NCBI GenBank assembly: GCA_951406725.2
Contig: OX597830.1
Span: 58,838,001-58,902,000 of the forward strand
Length of the DNA: 64,000 nucleotides
DNA from: Octopus vulgaris
Taxonomy: Eukaryota
Direction: 5' to 3'
Shown here: positions 10,684-23,989 of the stretch, piece after piece
Position numbering within the stretch: position 1 is the stretch's first letter
How the letters are laid out: the number at the start of each line of letters is the position of its first letter
Notes under the pieces: model-generated
What the model was told of the DNA's origin: nothing
What the model saw: the letters and a program-made list of their open reading frames with translations, nothing else
Database searches by the model: none
Translations under genes and position numbers: made by a program

Positions 10684-13674
10684 ATATGTATCCACGTGTG
10701 TGTACGCCCTTAGACACATGCGTATGCGTGCATTTGCGCGCGCGTGTTTGTGTACATGTGCGTGAGTGTGTGCGTGAGTGTGTGCGTACTTGTGTGTTTT
10801 TATAGTTAGTGTATGTACTGTTATTTTGTCTATAGTTTAGCCTTTAAAATAGCAAAAAATAGCAAATGTATAAAGACTGTCATATCCTGTCTTCACCGAA
10901 ACGAAGTAATAACTGCCTCTGCATTCGTAGGTGTAGCAGACTATGCTGTTAAAAGAATGGTTACAAGTTACTCACAGGAAACTTTTTTTTGTGCAATGAC
11001 AGTGAAGATCGGCGATGAAAATTACCAAATATCAGAAGATGATTATGCAAAGAATAGTTTTGAAAAGAAGATACTTTTGTGTTACAAAACGAATATCAAG
11101 CAACCACAAGAATTTTCTAAATTTGTGTAATTTTTACTTATTTCTACTTATTTAAAGAAAAATGGACTTTGTGACATGCCAGTGAATAAAAGCTGGTACA
11201 CAATTAATTCACTGTCGTATAGATACGAAAGTTAACATTAAATCTGTGTCTAGTATTAAAATACTATTTCTACAACTATAAGGATAACGAATTAAATGTT
11301 CAGTTGAATTTATAGTTGCATATAAGTAAGACGTTGTATGCAACAGCAGAATACCTGATACCTATAGACTTCATAACAAAAATAGGAGAGAACACCTGAT
11401 ACTGAAATAACTTTCTGTTTTGTTATTGGTTTTCAAATAAAAAAAAATAATTGCATAAAATAACTCACCAATATGTCTTCTTTCCCTGCTAGCAAGTTTT
11501 TAGCTGGAAAAAGATCCACAAAGTTTATTATAAACTCGTCGAAACGGACAGTTAATTCGTTAAAGTATGAGATAGAAGCCATTGCTATAGACCAATGACC
11601 ACCTTTTTTTATATCTCAGGATATTTATACTAAATTGTCCAGGAGATAAATCAATTTGCATTAATTATAAACGTCATTTCTTAATTTTTTTATCTCATAC
11701 TTTCTTTTCCAATTTGAAAAAGAAATAAGGTTAAGAAAACGCTCATTGCATTTTTAAGATAGTTGCACAGATTGCAAAGGTATTTAAATGAACTTTATGC
11801 AGATGTTAAAGGTCTCATTTCTTACACTAAGGATTCCTTAAAACCGTGTCATTAACTACAATGAAATAGAATATTTTAAAACAGTTCGCCTGTACATTTT
11901 GATATGAATAATACTACGACGTGATAGAATATAATTTAAATGGAGACACTCGACACTTTGATACAAGCAGTGAAGGAAAGATCAAGAAAATAAAGAACTG
12001 AAGAAAATATTGACTTCTTCTAGGTTTTACATGAAACACTGACAACAACATTCCAGAAACAATAGTTGATTAAGAGAATTTTTTTTTGTCTATGTTCAAA
12101 TGTATTGTAGTGACTCGAATTGATAGAGCAAACTTTACGTATTTACAACGATAAACCAGAACTGTTGGTAGTCGTAGTCTGAAAGTGTTGGAAGACTCTA
12201 AAAGCGTTATCAAGCAAATATAATTGATAAAAATAGTTCCCTTTACAGAAGACTTTTAAGGTATTTCTTCAAAACTGAAATGCCGATTTCTAAACTCGTC
12301 CCACGTCCAGATTTTTTGGAAGTAAGACACCAACGGTTAACTCGGCTGTAGTTATGTTATCGACCACGAATGGATGAAAGGCAAAGTTGACATCGGCAGG
12401 ATTTCATTGAGAATATAAAAGGGTGTAAGTAAATATTGCCAAGTAATTTCTTACTATTCTACCGATTCTACCAATCCACTACAACTGAAATATCAAAAAA
12501 GGATTTCTTTTTGTTTTGGAAAACAATGAAAATTTGTAGCCTTAAGTTAAACACATCCTAACTATATGAGATTAACTGATCATTTAGTTGAAAAAACGAG
12601 TGTGCAACTGCTTTTTCTAATTAGTGCAATTGGAAAGATTCAAATAAATATACGCTAGCAAACACTTCTCCCCATCCAAACCAGTGGAACTTTCGCCGGA
12701 GATAAATAAATATACTGCAGAGGTAAATGGAATTATATTATTTTATAATTTTGTTACCAATTTAGTTATTTTGACCAGTGGTGGATTGTTATTCCAATGA
12801 AGATTTGAGATGGTGGAACCGGAATGAGTTTGACTTGTGTTAAGAGGTTAGCTAATTGGTAACTATATTAAAGCCATTTAGTTAAGAGGTGTCGACATAT
12901 ACTGTAGAGTTTATTAAAATCAAATCTATATATATTAATAAAAAAAAAGTTATCAAATTCAACAGGTATCAAGCTCCTCTCGTTAAAAAAATATGGAAGT
13001 TGCAATAGAATAAGATTAATAGTTAAGATTTTTAACGTAAATTGATATTAGACGTTATAAGTAACAATCTGAAATCGGAAAAACAAAGCAAAACGAAACA
13101 GGTCGACTCGAACCACAGATCAATTGTTTTCCAGATGATTGCGTCACCCATTTATCTACAGAGAATCTGCCAACTGCCAATCCCTCTCTCTCTCTCTCTC
13201 TCTCTCAGACAAATCAGACAAATCAGTTACAGAAATGTACTTTTCTGCTTTAATTATATGTAAAATGAATATTCTAATAAAATGAAAATTTCATAGTAAA
13301 AATATTTTTGCATTTATATATTCTATGTTCTCCTGAGAATCAAGGGATTTTGATGCCACTCTTGATAACACAACATAAATGTAAAGGGAAGAAAACTTTC
13401 AAAAACATTATGGAAACACATTGACAAGTAAGAGTCAATTAGTACAAAAATTTAAGAGAAAATGGTATTAATCTAGTTATAGGTAATACTAAAAAGTGAT
13501 GACGAATGCTGCATAGTTCTATACTGAAGTATAAGGACAATCGATGAAAATGTTTAGCGTTGTGAACGAAAGTGAGGCATAACATCTGACGATGAGTTGT
13601 GTACATTTAAGACTAAACTTATACAAAAGTTTACATTGATTATAACAAATATTCAAAACGAGATATTCTTTTAC

Positions 13675-13882
13675 TCTCTTACTTGTTTCAGTCGTTTGGC
13701 TGTGACCATGCTGGAGTACCACCTTAAAGGGTCTTTTAGTCGACGAAATCGACTCCAGAACTTATTTTTTGCAAGCCTAGTACTTATTCTATAGGTCTCT
13801 TTTGACGGAACGCGAAGCCACGTGGACGTAAATACACCAACATCACTTGTCAAGTGATGGTGGGGAACAAACATAAATACAT

Positions 13883-13936
<54 letters not shown>

Positions 13937-14870
13937 GACCGGCTTCTTTCAGTTTCCGTCTACCAAATCCACTCACAAGGCTCCGGTTGGCCCGAGGCTA
14001 TAGTAGAAAACATTTAGTTAGTTAGTTAGTTAGTTAGTTAATTTGGCTCAAAAGCAAATAGCAAGGCCATGTAGGGGGACATGGAGTTAAGTACAGGGTG
14101 GTGTTCATGTAAAGAGTTCAGGCTACTTGAGGTCCAGGGAGGCTTTAAACAAAGCGGTCGTCGGCATCTTCACCATCTCGTCTGGCAGCTTGTTCCACGG
14201 ATCTGCAACCCGGACGGAGAAAGCTCCTCTCCTTCGATTAAGATGAAATCGTCGCAGGTAGAGCTTTTCGGAATGACCCCGCAGCCGACGCTCTGGAGCA
14301 GGAGTGAAGAACAGCTCTTTCGAGAGGTTACACTTTCCGCTTATGATGTTGTGGGCGAGAATGAGATCACCACGGCGGCGGCGTTTTTCAAGAGAATAAA
14401 GGTCGAGCGTCCTCAGCGTTTCTTCATAGGACAAATTTTTGAGACCATGAACCATGCGGGTAGCCAGCTTCTGGACTCTTTCGAGATGCTGTATGTCTTT
14501 GAGGAGATAAGGAGAAGAGGCTTGAATCCCATACTCCAATATGGGTCTCACCAGCGTGACATAGAGTGGTAGGAATATGGCTGCTGTGAGCATTCCGAAT
14601 GACCGTCGAATCAAGAACAGAATTCCGCGTGCTTTGTTGGCAGCATGGACGCACTGGACCGAAGGCGAAAAGGAGGAATCCACCAAGATACCCAGGTCCT
14701 TTACCTGATCGGTCCTCTCCAGCAGCAGACGACCCGGCTCGAAATCAAGTTGAGTTGCAGGAGTAGAGCCGACAGGCAGATGACAGCCCAAGGTGCCACG
14801 CAGTGCGACTGATCCTGGAACCAAGTGGTTGGGAAGCAAGCTTCTCACCACGCAGCCACGCCTGCGCCTA
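13675..14870 (-). mobile_element. tRNA-derived SINE with CORE-like domain (family S2), split by a LINE insertion
   Basis: Head at 14786-14870 and body at 13675-14015 join to give the intact copy at 47474-47915. Internal (TG)n. Confidence 0.85.
14016..14785 (-). mobile_element. 5'-truncated CR1-like LINE (second family) with (TAAC)n tail
   Basis: VKDLGILVDSSFS...LYVTLVRPILEYG...LERVQKLATRMVHGL...YEETLRTLDLYSLEKRRRRGDLI. Confidence 0.9.
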
Positions 14871-15014
14871 TATCTAAGTTAATTACTAAAATATTGGTTT
14901 AATTACGAACCCTCAATGTTTTCTATTGTAATTACAGGAATAAATAGACTTTAACTGAAGGATATTAACAAAAGTCGATTGCTCGACATATTACAGATAT
15001 ATCATATTATATAT

Positions 15015-15071
15015 CAGTGGTTCTCAGCCTGGGGTCCGTAAATACTGGGGGTCCGTGAACTAAATTCAATA

Positions 15072-15127
<56 letters not shown>

Positions 15128-15198
15128 CACACAAGGTTAAGCATATTAAAAGGGGTCCTTGGGAAAACTCATTTAAATCAAAGGGTTGGGAACCAATG
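15015..15198. mobile_element. hAT (Charlie-like) MITE with internal (CA)n
   Basis: TIRs CAGTGGTTCTCAGCC and GGTTGGGAACCAATG. No clear TSD. Confidence 0.6.
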
Positions 15199-15589
15199 CT
15201 GCTTATCACACCGATACAAAAAACAAACAAACTCGATGCCATGAAGCTTTTACATTTAGTAGCAGAAAGCATCATAAAGTGACAGAAGAAGCACTTCGTG
15301 TGTTTTGTTTTTGTTGTTGTTGTTGTACATTGTTTTTTTGTCAATCCTTTCAGTTTAGAACTGTAACGAGAATGTGGAAGCGTCGTGTCTTTTGGCGTGA
15401 AAAAATATATTTAAAAGTATTCACATATCGTTGTTTGTCATTAAGAAAACAAATATCAAGTAATCTATTATGGTGGACGTGATTCGTTTTAATAGAACTC
15501 AACCAAAATGAAAGTTAATCCCGTCATGTATTCAAAGGAAATCATTATTTGAGAGTAACTTGAACCATATTTTAAAATTAACGTTAAGA

Positions 15590-16100
15590 TAACACAGGCT
15601 AACAAGAAATGTTTTCTCCGTTGTCAAAAGATTTGGACCCGAGCTTGGAGGTTTTTGACGCACACAATCCAAAAATGGCATCCGTTTATTGCAATCACGT
15701 CGAGATTTTGAGATACTGGATCCATAAGATTTCATTGTTTTTTCAATAGGAGGAACATGGCATAACACACAAACATATATAGAAAAGACTCTGGAATTAA
15801 TGTTCGCTGCGGCCATTCTTTGACTACCTAATGTGCTTCCCTAGTTCTGCTGTTCCACATACATAAAAACATTGGGTACTTGGTGTATCCATTCTGTTGC
15901 TACAGGAGAAAATCGACCATCTTAAATCCACGCATATCACCCACTGAAGACAGGCTGGCGGGTAGAGGGGTTTGTTTTGAAACCTAGACGTGATGGTAAA
16001 AAACGGATTCTATTTTTGGATTCAACACATCAAAGAGAACCTTCAAATTAGGTAAACAAAAAAAAAGCTCTGATAACAAAATACCCGTTGACTTGTCTTA
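15590..16100 (-). mobile_element. Deleted DNA transposon, probably Chapaev-3-like (CMC)
   Basis: Minus strand encodes a frameshifted WVICVD..MVDFLL*QQNGYTKYPMFLCMWNSR...KEWPQR. Inverted subterminal blocks near 15650-15715 and 15975-16040. The superfamily assignment is from recall. Confidence 0.6.
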
Positions 16101-16266
16101 TGTACAAGCTTTTCTATTGAAACTACAACATAATGCTCATTTTAAATAAGTTAGTCATGCTATTCTATATTCTAGGCTCTAAGAGATTATTATTATTATT
16201 ATTATTATTATTATAATAATTATTATTATTATTATCATCATTATTATCCTTATTATTATTATTATT

Positions 16267-16828
16267 GAGTGAGAGAGCAGTGCATGCCATCAAAGTGACA
16301 CTGGGGTGAAATATACGAAGCCCAGTATACCCATCATGACTACCCGTCTGATAAAGGTACACTAGGCACATGCATCACAACCATATGTGCGCGACATGGT
16401 GATCTCATATCAAGGTAAACAACGCATGACCTTGCAGGTGGGCCCAGTTAGAATTTTCTTCAGGTCGAGTAGCCCATCCCGCTCGAAAGGTCCTTGAATA
16501 AGGGTTATTTAAGGATGTTAAATGAAACCACCCATGTTTCCAGAGGTGAATTATTTAAACCCCAAATAATCCCTCTCAACACATGGCTATGATGCTCCCC
16601 CACTACTTCTGCTCGTGATCAGAGATGCACATATTGTCAGCCACTAAGGGACATGCTCAACTGGTTAAGGTCAAACAACTGACAAGCAAATCTGTGGTAT
16701 TGAGCAGAATATTTGCTGTAGCCCATCTTTTATACCAAGACAAAACAACGTACATGATAACACTTCCAATCAGTTAAGATCAGAAGCCATGAGAGCCACT
16801 GCCTGGTACCCTGGTACTGTATCAGGTC

Positions 16829-16830
<2 letters not shown>
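16267..16830 (-). mobile_element. Family C (AAT)n-inserted element
   Basis: Reverse complement of 1124-1680, between (TTA)n tracts. Confidence 0.85.
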
Positions 16831-16890
<60 letters not shown>

Positions 16891-16891
<1 letters not shown>

Positions 16892-18212
16892 TTTTTTTCT
16901 TCCTTCAAATTTGCTTCCATTTCTTGCCGAGTGTCTTCCCGACTCCTAGGGCAAAGAAACTCATAGTATACATTGGTAGGCCATTAAACCAAACTCAATA
17001 GTTCGTTCATTTTTTTTTTTTTTTTTAAGTTAAATTAAAATACATGAGCAGCAACAGTTCTCACATCGACAATGCTCTTCTCAATACGTGTGATGTACCA
17101 GTTAAGACAATCTTTTGCACTTCTTGCAGGGATGGTAAGGCAGGGATCTTTCTCATATAATTTTCGGTTCCCTTCTTGATCATTCCTAGTGCTCCTACGA
17201 TCACTGGTATTGTAACCGCCTTGAGATGCCACATTTTCTCAATTTCAATGAGTAGGTCTTTATATTTTCTGAGCTTGTCAAACTCTTTCGCTGAGATATT
17301 ATGATCACAGGGGATGCTCATGTCGATCAATAAGCAAACTTTATTGTTTTGGTCTTTCACAACAATATCTGGTTTATTGGCCTTGATGGTTCGGTCTGTA
17401 TGTACTGGAAAGTCCCACAGAATGGTTACATATTCTCCTTCAGTTATAGCCTCAGGGTGGTGATTATACCGCCTGTCGGCAGTTTTGATATTGTAATGCC
17501 GACTTATTAGCCAGTGTAGATATTGGCCAACTCTGACATGTCTTAATTTATACTCCACTGGTGCTAAGACTTTACATCCAGAGATTAGGTGGTCCACTGC
17601 TTTCAATCATGTCATTGCAGAATCGGCATTTTGGGTCTGCTCCATTTTTCATCACATTGGCCTGGTAGTTCCGGGTTAATAGGCTTTGATCTTGAGCAGC
17701 CAGGATGAAACCTTCGCTCTCTGCTTTTAGCCCTGAGCTCCGTAGCCACTGATGAGTTTGCTTCTGGTCAACATCAGCTTGTTTGCTGCGGGCCACATAT
17801 TTGCCGTGCAGATGTTTCTCCTCCCACCTATCAGCCAATTGCTCGTGCGCTTTTTTCATTGCCATTATTTTCACCTTCTTTGCAACAATAGTTGCCGTAC
17901 TTCCCTCGGGTTGTTCAGTTTGGGTATCCTGCACGAGATCAATAGCAATTTTTTTTGCTTTCCTTTATGATAGAATGAAGCTTCTTTCGTCTCTCGTGAT
18001 TTTCCACGAGCTTTAGCATCCAGTCATTCGTTATTTCGAGATATTTGGCCAGTCCAATTGTGGTTGTTTTGTAAGCTAGTTCAAATTGGATCAGGCCTCG
18101 ACCTCCTTGGGCTCTGGGAAGGTAAAGGCAATCTACGTCTGCCTTTGGGTGGTGCATCCTATTACAACTCAGCAGCTTGCGTATTTTCTTATCTATATTA
18201 TTTACTTCACTC
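16891..18212 (-). mobile_element. 5'-truncated R4/Dong-clade retrotransposon (family A), frameshifted
   Basis: HHPKADVDCLYLPRAQGGRGL (post-RT), CRFC...HLISGC (CCHC), RHVRVG, KPDIVV...IDMSIP...K..KY (RLE), QKIVLTGTSHVLRRALSM*. Confidence 0.92.
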
Positions 18213-18213
18213 A

Positions 18214-18340
<127 letters not shown>

Positions 18341-18362
18341 GTTGTTGTTGTTATTATTATTA

Positions 18363-18677
18363 TATGTTTGGCTTTCGCTTTGTATTTGTATTTGTACAAC
18401 TTGACTCCAAGTCTCACCCAGAGACCTCAAGAGACAACGAGTTTGAAGTTCATGTTGGTATTATGCCTAGGGTGTCATGTATTTGGCTTTGCAAATAGTA
18501 TAGTTCTAGAGAATGTTTAAGAAAACAAGAAAATTATAAGTTTGTTTTAAAATTTGAGATTAAATAGATAGTATTTTACGTAAGATAGGGGGCAGTTCCC
18601 ATGAGCATTATCTTTTGAATTTCTGCCATTTTGAGGTTTCCTGTTATCTCAGCTAGGTAGGAATCAGCCCGTTTTGC
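18363..18677 (-). mobile_element. R4/Dong family B 3' fragment
   Basis: EIQKIMLMGTA... C-terminus plus a 3' UTR matching 650-887. Confidence 0.8.
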
Positions 18678-18716
<39 letters not shown>

Positions 18717-19620
18717 TTTTTTTTTCTTCTTTCAAATTTGCTTCCATTTCTTGCCGAGTGTCTTCCCGACTCCTAGGGCAAAGAAACTCATAATATACAT
18801 TGGTAGGCCATTAAACCAAACTCAATAGTTCGTTCATTTTTTTTTTTTTTTAAGTTAAATTAAAATACATGAGCAGCAACAGTTCTCACATCGACAATGC
18901 TCTTCTCAATACGTGTGATGTACCAGTTAAGACAATCTTTTGCACTTCTTGCAGGGATGGTAAGCCAGGGATCATTCTCATATAATTTTCGGTTCCCTTC
19001 TTGATCATTCCTAGTGCTCCTACGATCACTGGTATTGTAACCGCCTTGAGATGCCACATTTTCTCAATTTCAATGAGTAGGTCTTTATATTTTCTGAGCT
19101 TGTCAAACTCTTTCGCTGAGATATTATGATCACAGGGGATGCTCATGTCGATCAATAAGCAAACTTTATTGTTTTGGTCTTTCACAACAATATCTGGTTT
19201 ATTGGCCTTGATGGTTCGGTCTGTATGTACTGGAAAGTCCCACAGAATGGTTACATTTTCTCCTTCAGTTACAGCCTCAGGGTGGTGATTATACCACTTG
19301 TCGGCAGTTTTGATATTGTAATGCCGACTTATTAGCCAGTGTAGATATTGGCCAACTCTGACATGTCTTAATTTATACTCCACTGGTGCTAAGACTTTAC
19401 ATCCAGAGATTAGGAGGTCCACTGTTTCAATCATGTCATTGCAGAATCGGTATTTTGGGTCTGCTCCATTTTTCATCACATTGGCCTGGTAGTTCCGGGT
19501 TAATAGGCTTTGATCTTGAGCAGCCAGGATGAAAAGCTCTCTGCTTTTAGCCCTGAGCTCCGTAGCCACTGATGGGTTTGCTTCTGGTCAACATCAGCTT
19601 GTTTGCTGCGGGTCACATAT
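18717..19620 (-). mobile_element. R4/Dong family A, second 5'-truncated copy
   Basis: ORF 18886-19569 carries the RLE motifs. Near-identical to 16891-17800. Confidence 0.92.
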
Positions 19621-19631
19621 TTTTTATTATT

Positions 19632-19696
<65 letters not shown>

Positions 19697-19724
19697 TATT
19701 ATTATTATTATTATTATTATTGTG

Positions 19725-19942
19725 AAGCGGCGAGCTGGCAGAATTGTTAGCACGCCGGGTGAAATGCTTAGCGGTGTCTGGTCTGCCGCTACTTTCTGAG
19801 TTCAAATTCCACGGAGGTCGACTTTGCTTTTCCTCCTTTCGGGGGTTCGATAAAATTAGTACCAGTTACGCACTGGGGTCGATGTAATCGACTTAATCTC
19901 TTCCCCCAAATTAGAGGCCTTGTGCTTCTAGTGGAAAGGATT
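19725..19942 (+). mobile_element. SINE S1 monomer
   Basis: GCGGCGAGCTGGCAGAATTGTTAGCACG...GAGTTCAAATTCC...GGCCTTGTGCTTCTAGTGGAAAGG. Confidence 0.85.
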
Positions 19943-19988
19943 ATTATTATTGTTGCTGTTGTTATCGCTGCTGTTGATAATGTTTGGC

Positions 19989-20372
19989 AGGAGGTGCAAT
20001 GGCCCAGTGGTTAGGGCAGCGGACTCGCGGTCATAGGATCGTGGTTTCGATTCCCAGACCGGGCGTTGTGAGTGTTTATTGAGCGAAAACACCTAAAGCT
20101 CCACGAGGCTCCAGCAGGGGATGGTGGTGATCCCTGCTGTACTCTTTCACCACAACTTTCTCTCACTCTTACTTCCTGTTTCTGTTGTACCTGTATTTCA
20201 AAGGGCCGGCCTTGTCACTATCTGTGTCACGCTGAATATCCCCGAGAACTACGTTAAGGGTACACGTGTCTGTGGAGTGCTCAGCCACTTACACATTAAT
20301 TTCACGAGCAGGCTGTTCCGTTGATCGGATCAACCGGAACCCTCGTCGTCGTAACCGACGGAGTGCTTCCAC
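19989..20372 (+). mobile_element. tRNA-derived SINE (family S3)
   Basis: A box TGGCCCAGTGG and B box GGTTTCGATTCCC. Head shared with 39444-39612. Confidence 0.8.
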
Positions 20373-20399
20373 CAATGTTTGGCAGTCTTATTTTACTAC

Positions 20400-22290
20400 A
20401 CAATCAGGCGCGACCTTACAACCTTGTGGTTGTGTTATGCTTTAGTCTTGCATTTTCAATTGCATCGTTGTTCTACTTAAGATGTAAGGTACCTAGTAAT
20501 GTTATTCAAAAGTTCTCCATTTTGATTATATATTTGTCTGAGTTTTAGTTTATAATTCCTAAACACGACTATTATTATTGGGGCTGTTTCTGTTCTTCGG
20601 CCCACGTTTGGTTTATCTGTTTCTGTAGATCTTGGTATTTGAATAATTTCCCCACCTCTTTGACACATACATTATCGACAATTGAAAATAGTACATCTAA
20701 TATGAAGCAGTTCTCTTCTGGGGGTGGGACATTCGCCATAATATCCGGAAGATTAGCTTTGCACGCCCTGTCTGCTTGGATTGGCCTATCGCAGAGTATG
20801 GTCACTTCCATCCTTCTGTGATAACTTTCAAACGTATATGCTTATACCACTTTCATTCTGTTCTTATTTCATGAATATGTTATAACGCCTCTGGTATGAG
20901 AGCCCCAACACTTCTACGTCTGTAGATGTATTTATTTCTCAGTTACGACTGGGCAACTACAGAAAATATTGTTAAATGTTTCTTCCTCGTTAAATGTTTC
21001 TTCACATATTCTGAAGTAATTTAATGTATTCCACTTTGCTACAGACATTTGGTGATTTTTCGGTGGTCAAGCTTTAATCCTGTGTCACAGTCAAGAATCC
21101 GCCAGGCTTGAGTATTATACTTCTAAGCGAGTTCTGTGAATTTTAATTGTCTATCTCCACTCTCTTGGTTTTTCAAGTATTTTTTGAAAAAGATTAAACC
21201 GGCCATTCTTTTGTTGTTCCTTCTTTCTTTTTATAAATATCAGGAATTTCAGTCTTCGCTTTGTATTTGTTGGCTTTCTTGAAGACAAAATAGTTTTCCG
21301 TTTTGAGTATGTTTTGTGGCTATTTGTATTTCCGTTGTTCTTTACTGAATAATTTCATATGCCTTTCTTGTTCCATACAAAACTGACCTCCCAATATTCG
21401 TGGTAAAACTAATCTTTCTATGTCAGATTTTAGTTTTAAAATGCTGTCCTTTGTATCTGCAGACTCGTTTGCTTGTTATTGATCCCATCTTATTTACGGT
21501 TAATATTTGCAAACTCGACATGTGACGAAGTCTGTAAAAATCCTTCATCGAATCAATACCTGTCATATTCGTCTGCTTCGGTTCTTTTCAAAGAGACTTT
21601 TGTTGTAGGTAGGCAAGTAAGTTGTGGCCTGTAGATTTTGTGCTTTGCAATTTCTCTAGTCTTTGAACTTAAGATTATTTTTCTCCCATGGGATCAAGTC
21701 AGTAACAGCACTTTCGGTATTTCATACATCACTGCGATTACCCTTACGTATCTTAGTTAACTGCTTTAACCATTTGTTTCGGTTCTCCTTGTTCCTTTCG
21801 TCATATCCTAGTATCTTCCAGAAATTTCTCCAGTGCAGCGTCTGGGCAACTTCCTGTGTTTTTATAGCTTCTATAAAATTGTGTGTTGTTCTTTGACTGG
21901 GATAAAAAAATAAACGGCATTGAGTTGTATTATAGTATCGAGTGATAGTCATGTATAACATAGAATGAGTTCCTGGCGGTGTATGGCAAATATTACCGTA
22001 TTTGGTGTCGATATGTAAGAGTTAGTTTTATTTCGTTTGAAGATAATTTTGTATGATTTGTGTGAGTTGTATATTTTATAGGGTGATGAAGATGATTGTA
22101 TATAATTGTATAGAAAGCGCCTTGCATAGAATGTGAGCTGTGGCTAGCAAAGATATATTTTGTGGGGTGTTAGGATTAGAGTAGGTTTCTATGTTTTTCT
22201 TCATGTTCTCGTATTGTTTTTATTTCCATTTCTTGTTCATTTTACTCTGATAGTCTTGTATTCTCTACATCATTGTGGACGACATGTTAA
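20400..22290 (-). mobile_element. Old decayed R4-clade fragments
   Basis: VTILCDRPIQADRACKANLPDI...ILDV...KEVGKLFKYQDL (RLE) at 20575-20811. A second C-terminus, QNISLLATAHILCKALSIQ, near 22105-22170. Confidence 0.65.
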
Positions 22291-22602
22291 TAAAAAAAAG
22301 ATTGAGATTTCCTTTCCAGTACTAAATAATTACAATTGAGTGGTCCATTTTGATAGTCTTCTCTGCTTGGACAGCCATTTCCCACATTTTAATGACCAGA
22401 TAATTACATTATATTGTGCTTGCTATATTGTCATGTCTTCCTTTTGTTTTCACATGCGTCAGCATATTCCTAATCGACATAACTACCGGTTCCTTCGTGC
22501 TTATGTGCTTACTTTAAAGCTACAAGGACTGGGGTGTCAGAAATGATGTAGCCAATTGTCCTAAGGTACTGATTACATTGTGAGCAGGTCATGTTAGTCT
22601 CT

Positions 22603-22941
22603 GGAGTAAAGATTGTTTGCCAACATAACATGGCAATCTTGGTTTAGGACGAATGTTGCTGTAATTTAGCCCCAGGAAATATCGTCTCCAGCTAGCTATG
22701 CTGGAAATCGCGATACACAGATATTGTTTTGAGCTGAGTGTGGGAGCTAGATTCCCTTGTTTGAAAATATAAGGACACAGATCGTGTCGTATAGCCATCT
22801 GTAGACAATGTCTCCTGGGGCTAAATTACAGCAACATTCGTCCTAAACCAGGACTGCTATGTTATATTGGCAAAAATCTTTACTCCAAAGTACTGTTGCT
22901 GAATATCTCTCGTTGTGAGATTTAAAAATAATAATTCTTAA
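22603..22941 (+). mobile_element. Family H2 foldback, truncated inside the hammerhead
   Basis: 22603-22700 is inverted relative to 22790-22887. GAAA-TCGCGA-TA-CACAGA near 22704-22721. 12-bp TSD ATGTTAGTCTCT at 22591-22602 and 22942-22953. Confidence 0.85.
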
Positions 22942-23989
22942 ATGTTAGTCTCTATTTTAATATTTTTGTGGTTAGGCATTGATCCTGTACAGTTAATATA
23001 AGATCATCAGATTTTCAGATTCCACCAGGTTACATTTTACACCCGTTTACTCTACTCTGTCAAACAGGGTATTAGCAATGGCGAAGTTTTGTATCACAAT
23101 GTTTGTTTTGTATAGTTTAGAATAGCATTATGATTTAGTTTTTTTTTTCTTTTTGTTCTTCGCTGTAGTTTGCTTCTAGTTTGAGCCTCGTTGTTTCCAA
23201 ATGTATAGGCAAAATATTTGCTTACTTGTTTTTTAATTGAATAAATCAAATAGTCTTTTGCTTTCTGTTAAGTATTTGTCGTCGTCGTCATCGTCATTGA
23301 CGTTGTCGTCGTCGTCATCATCATCATCATCATCATTTATCTTTCATTTTCATAATAACCACAAGCCTTTCTACTACAGGCACAAGTCCTGAATTTCTTG
23401 TAGCGATGGCGGATAGTCGTTACATCGACACCAGTGCTACATACTTTTATCGACCCGATACTGCCGTTGTTTTTGGCAGTTGCATGCTAATTTCTGCTAC
23501 ACTACCAGGCGCATCTCCGTGTTCATTTGGTGTGCAAGCAGGTTTACGTGTTTCAACCACAGACTAGTATTTCTATATTCCATCAGTTTTGCTGTGCTTC
23601 TGGGTTTGGCCTGCTTCTGGTGCTTATTTAGTGTTTCTCCTGTTGTATGAAATATATTCGGTGTCAGATGGTGTTGGATATGTTTCCTGTGTGTTGTGTG
23701 ATTGGTGCAATGCGTTTTACATAGCGATAGTATCATATCATACGCGGTGTGTGCGTTTTCTAGCAACAACACAATACAACTGTGTACAAAGTGTGTCGTG
23801 TGAGGTGTTGATTTCATAGCATCAGGCATCAGTTTTGTAGGAAACACCATATTTTGTGGGATGGTGAGAGTGTATAGAATATGCTGGGTGTGGCTTGTGT
23901 TATTTTATAGGGTTTTGGTGTAGGATAAGAGTTGGGTGCCGCGAAGGCGCTGTTTGAGTTGTTTCATCGAATTGAAAGAATTTCGTGTA

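Noticed and set aside
10813-12230. 105-aa ORF with faint resemblance to a PIF1/Helitron helicase segment
   Set aside because: No Walker A or other diagnostic motif found. It would need a profile search.
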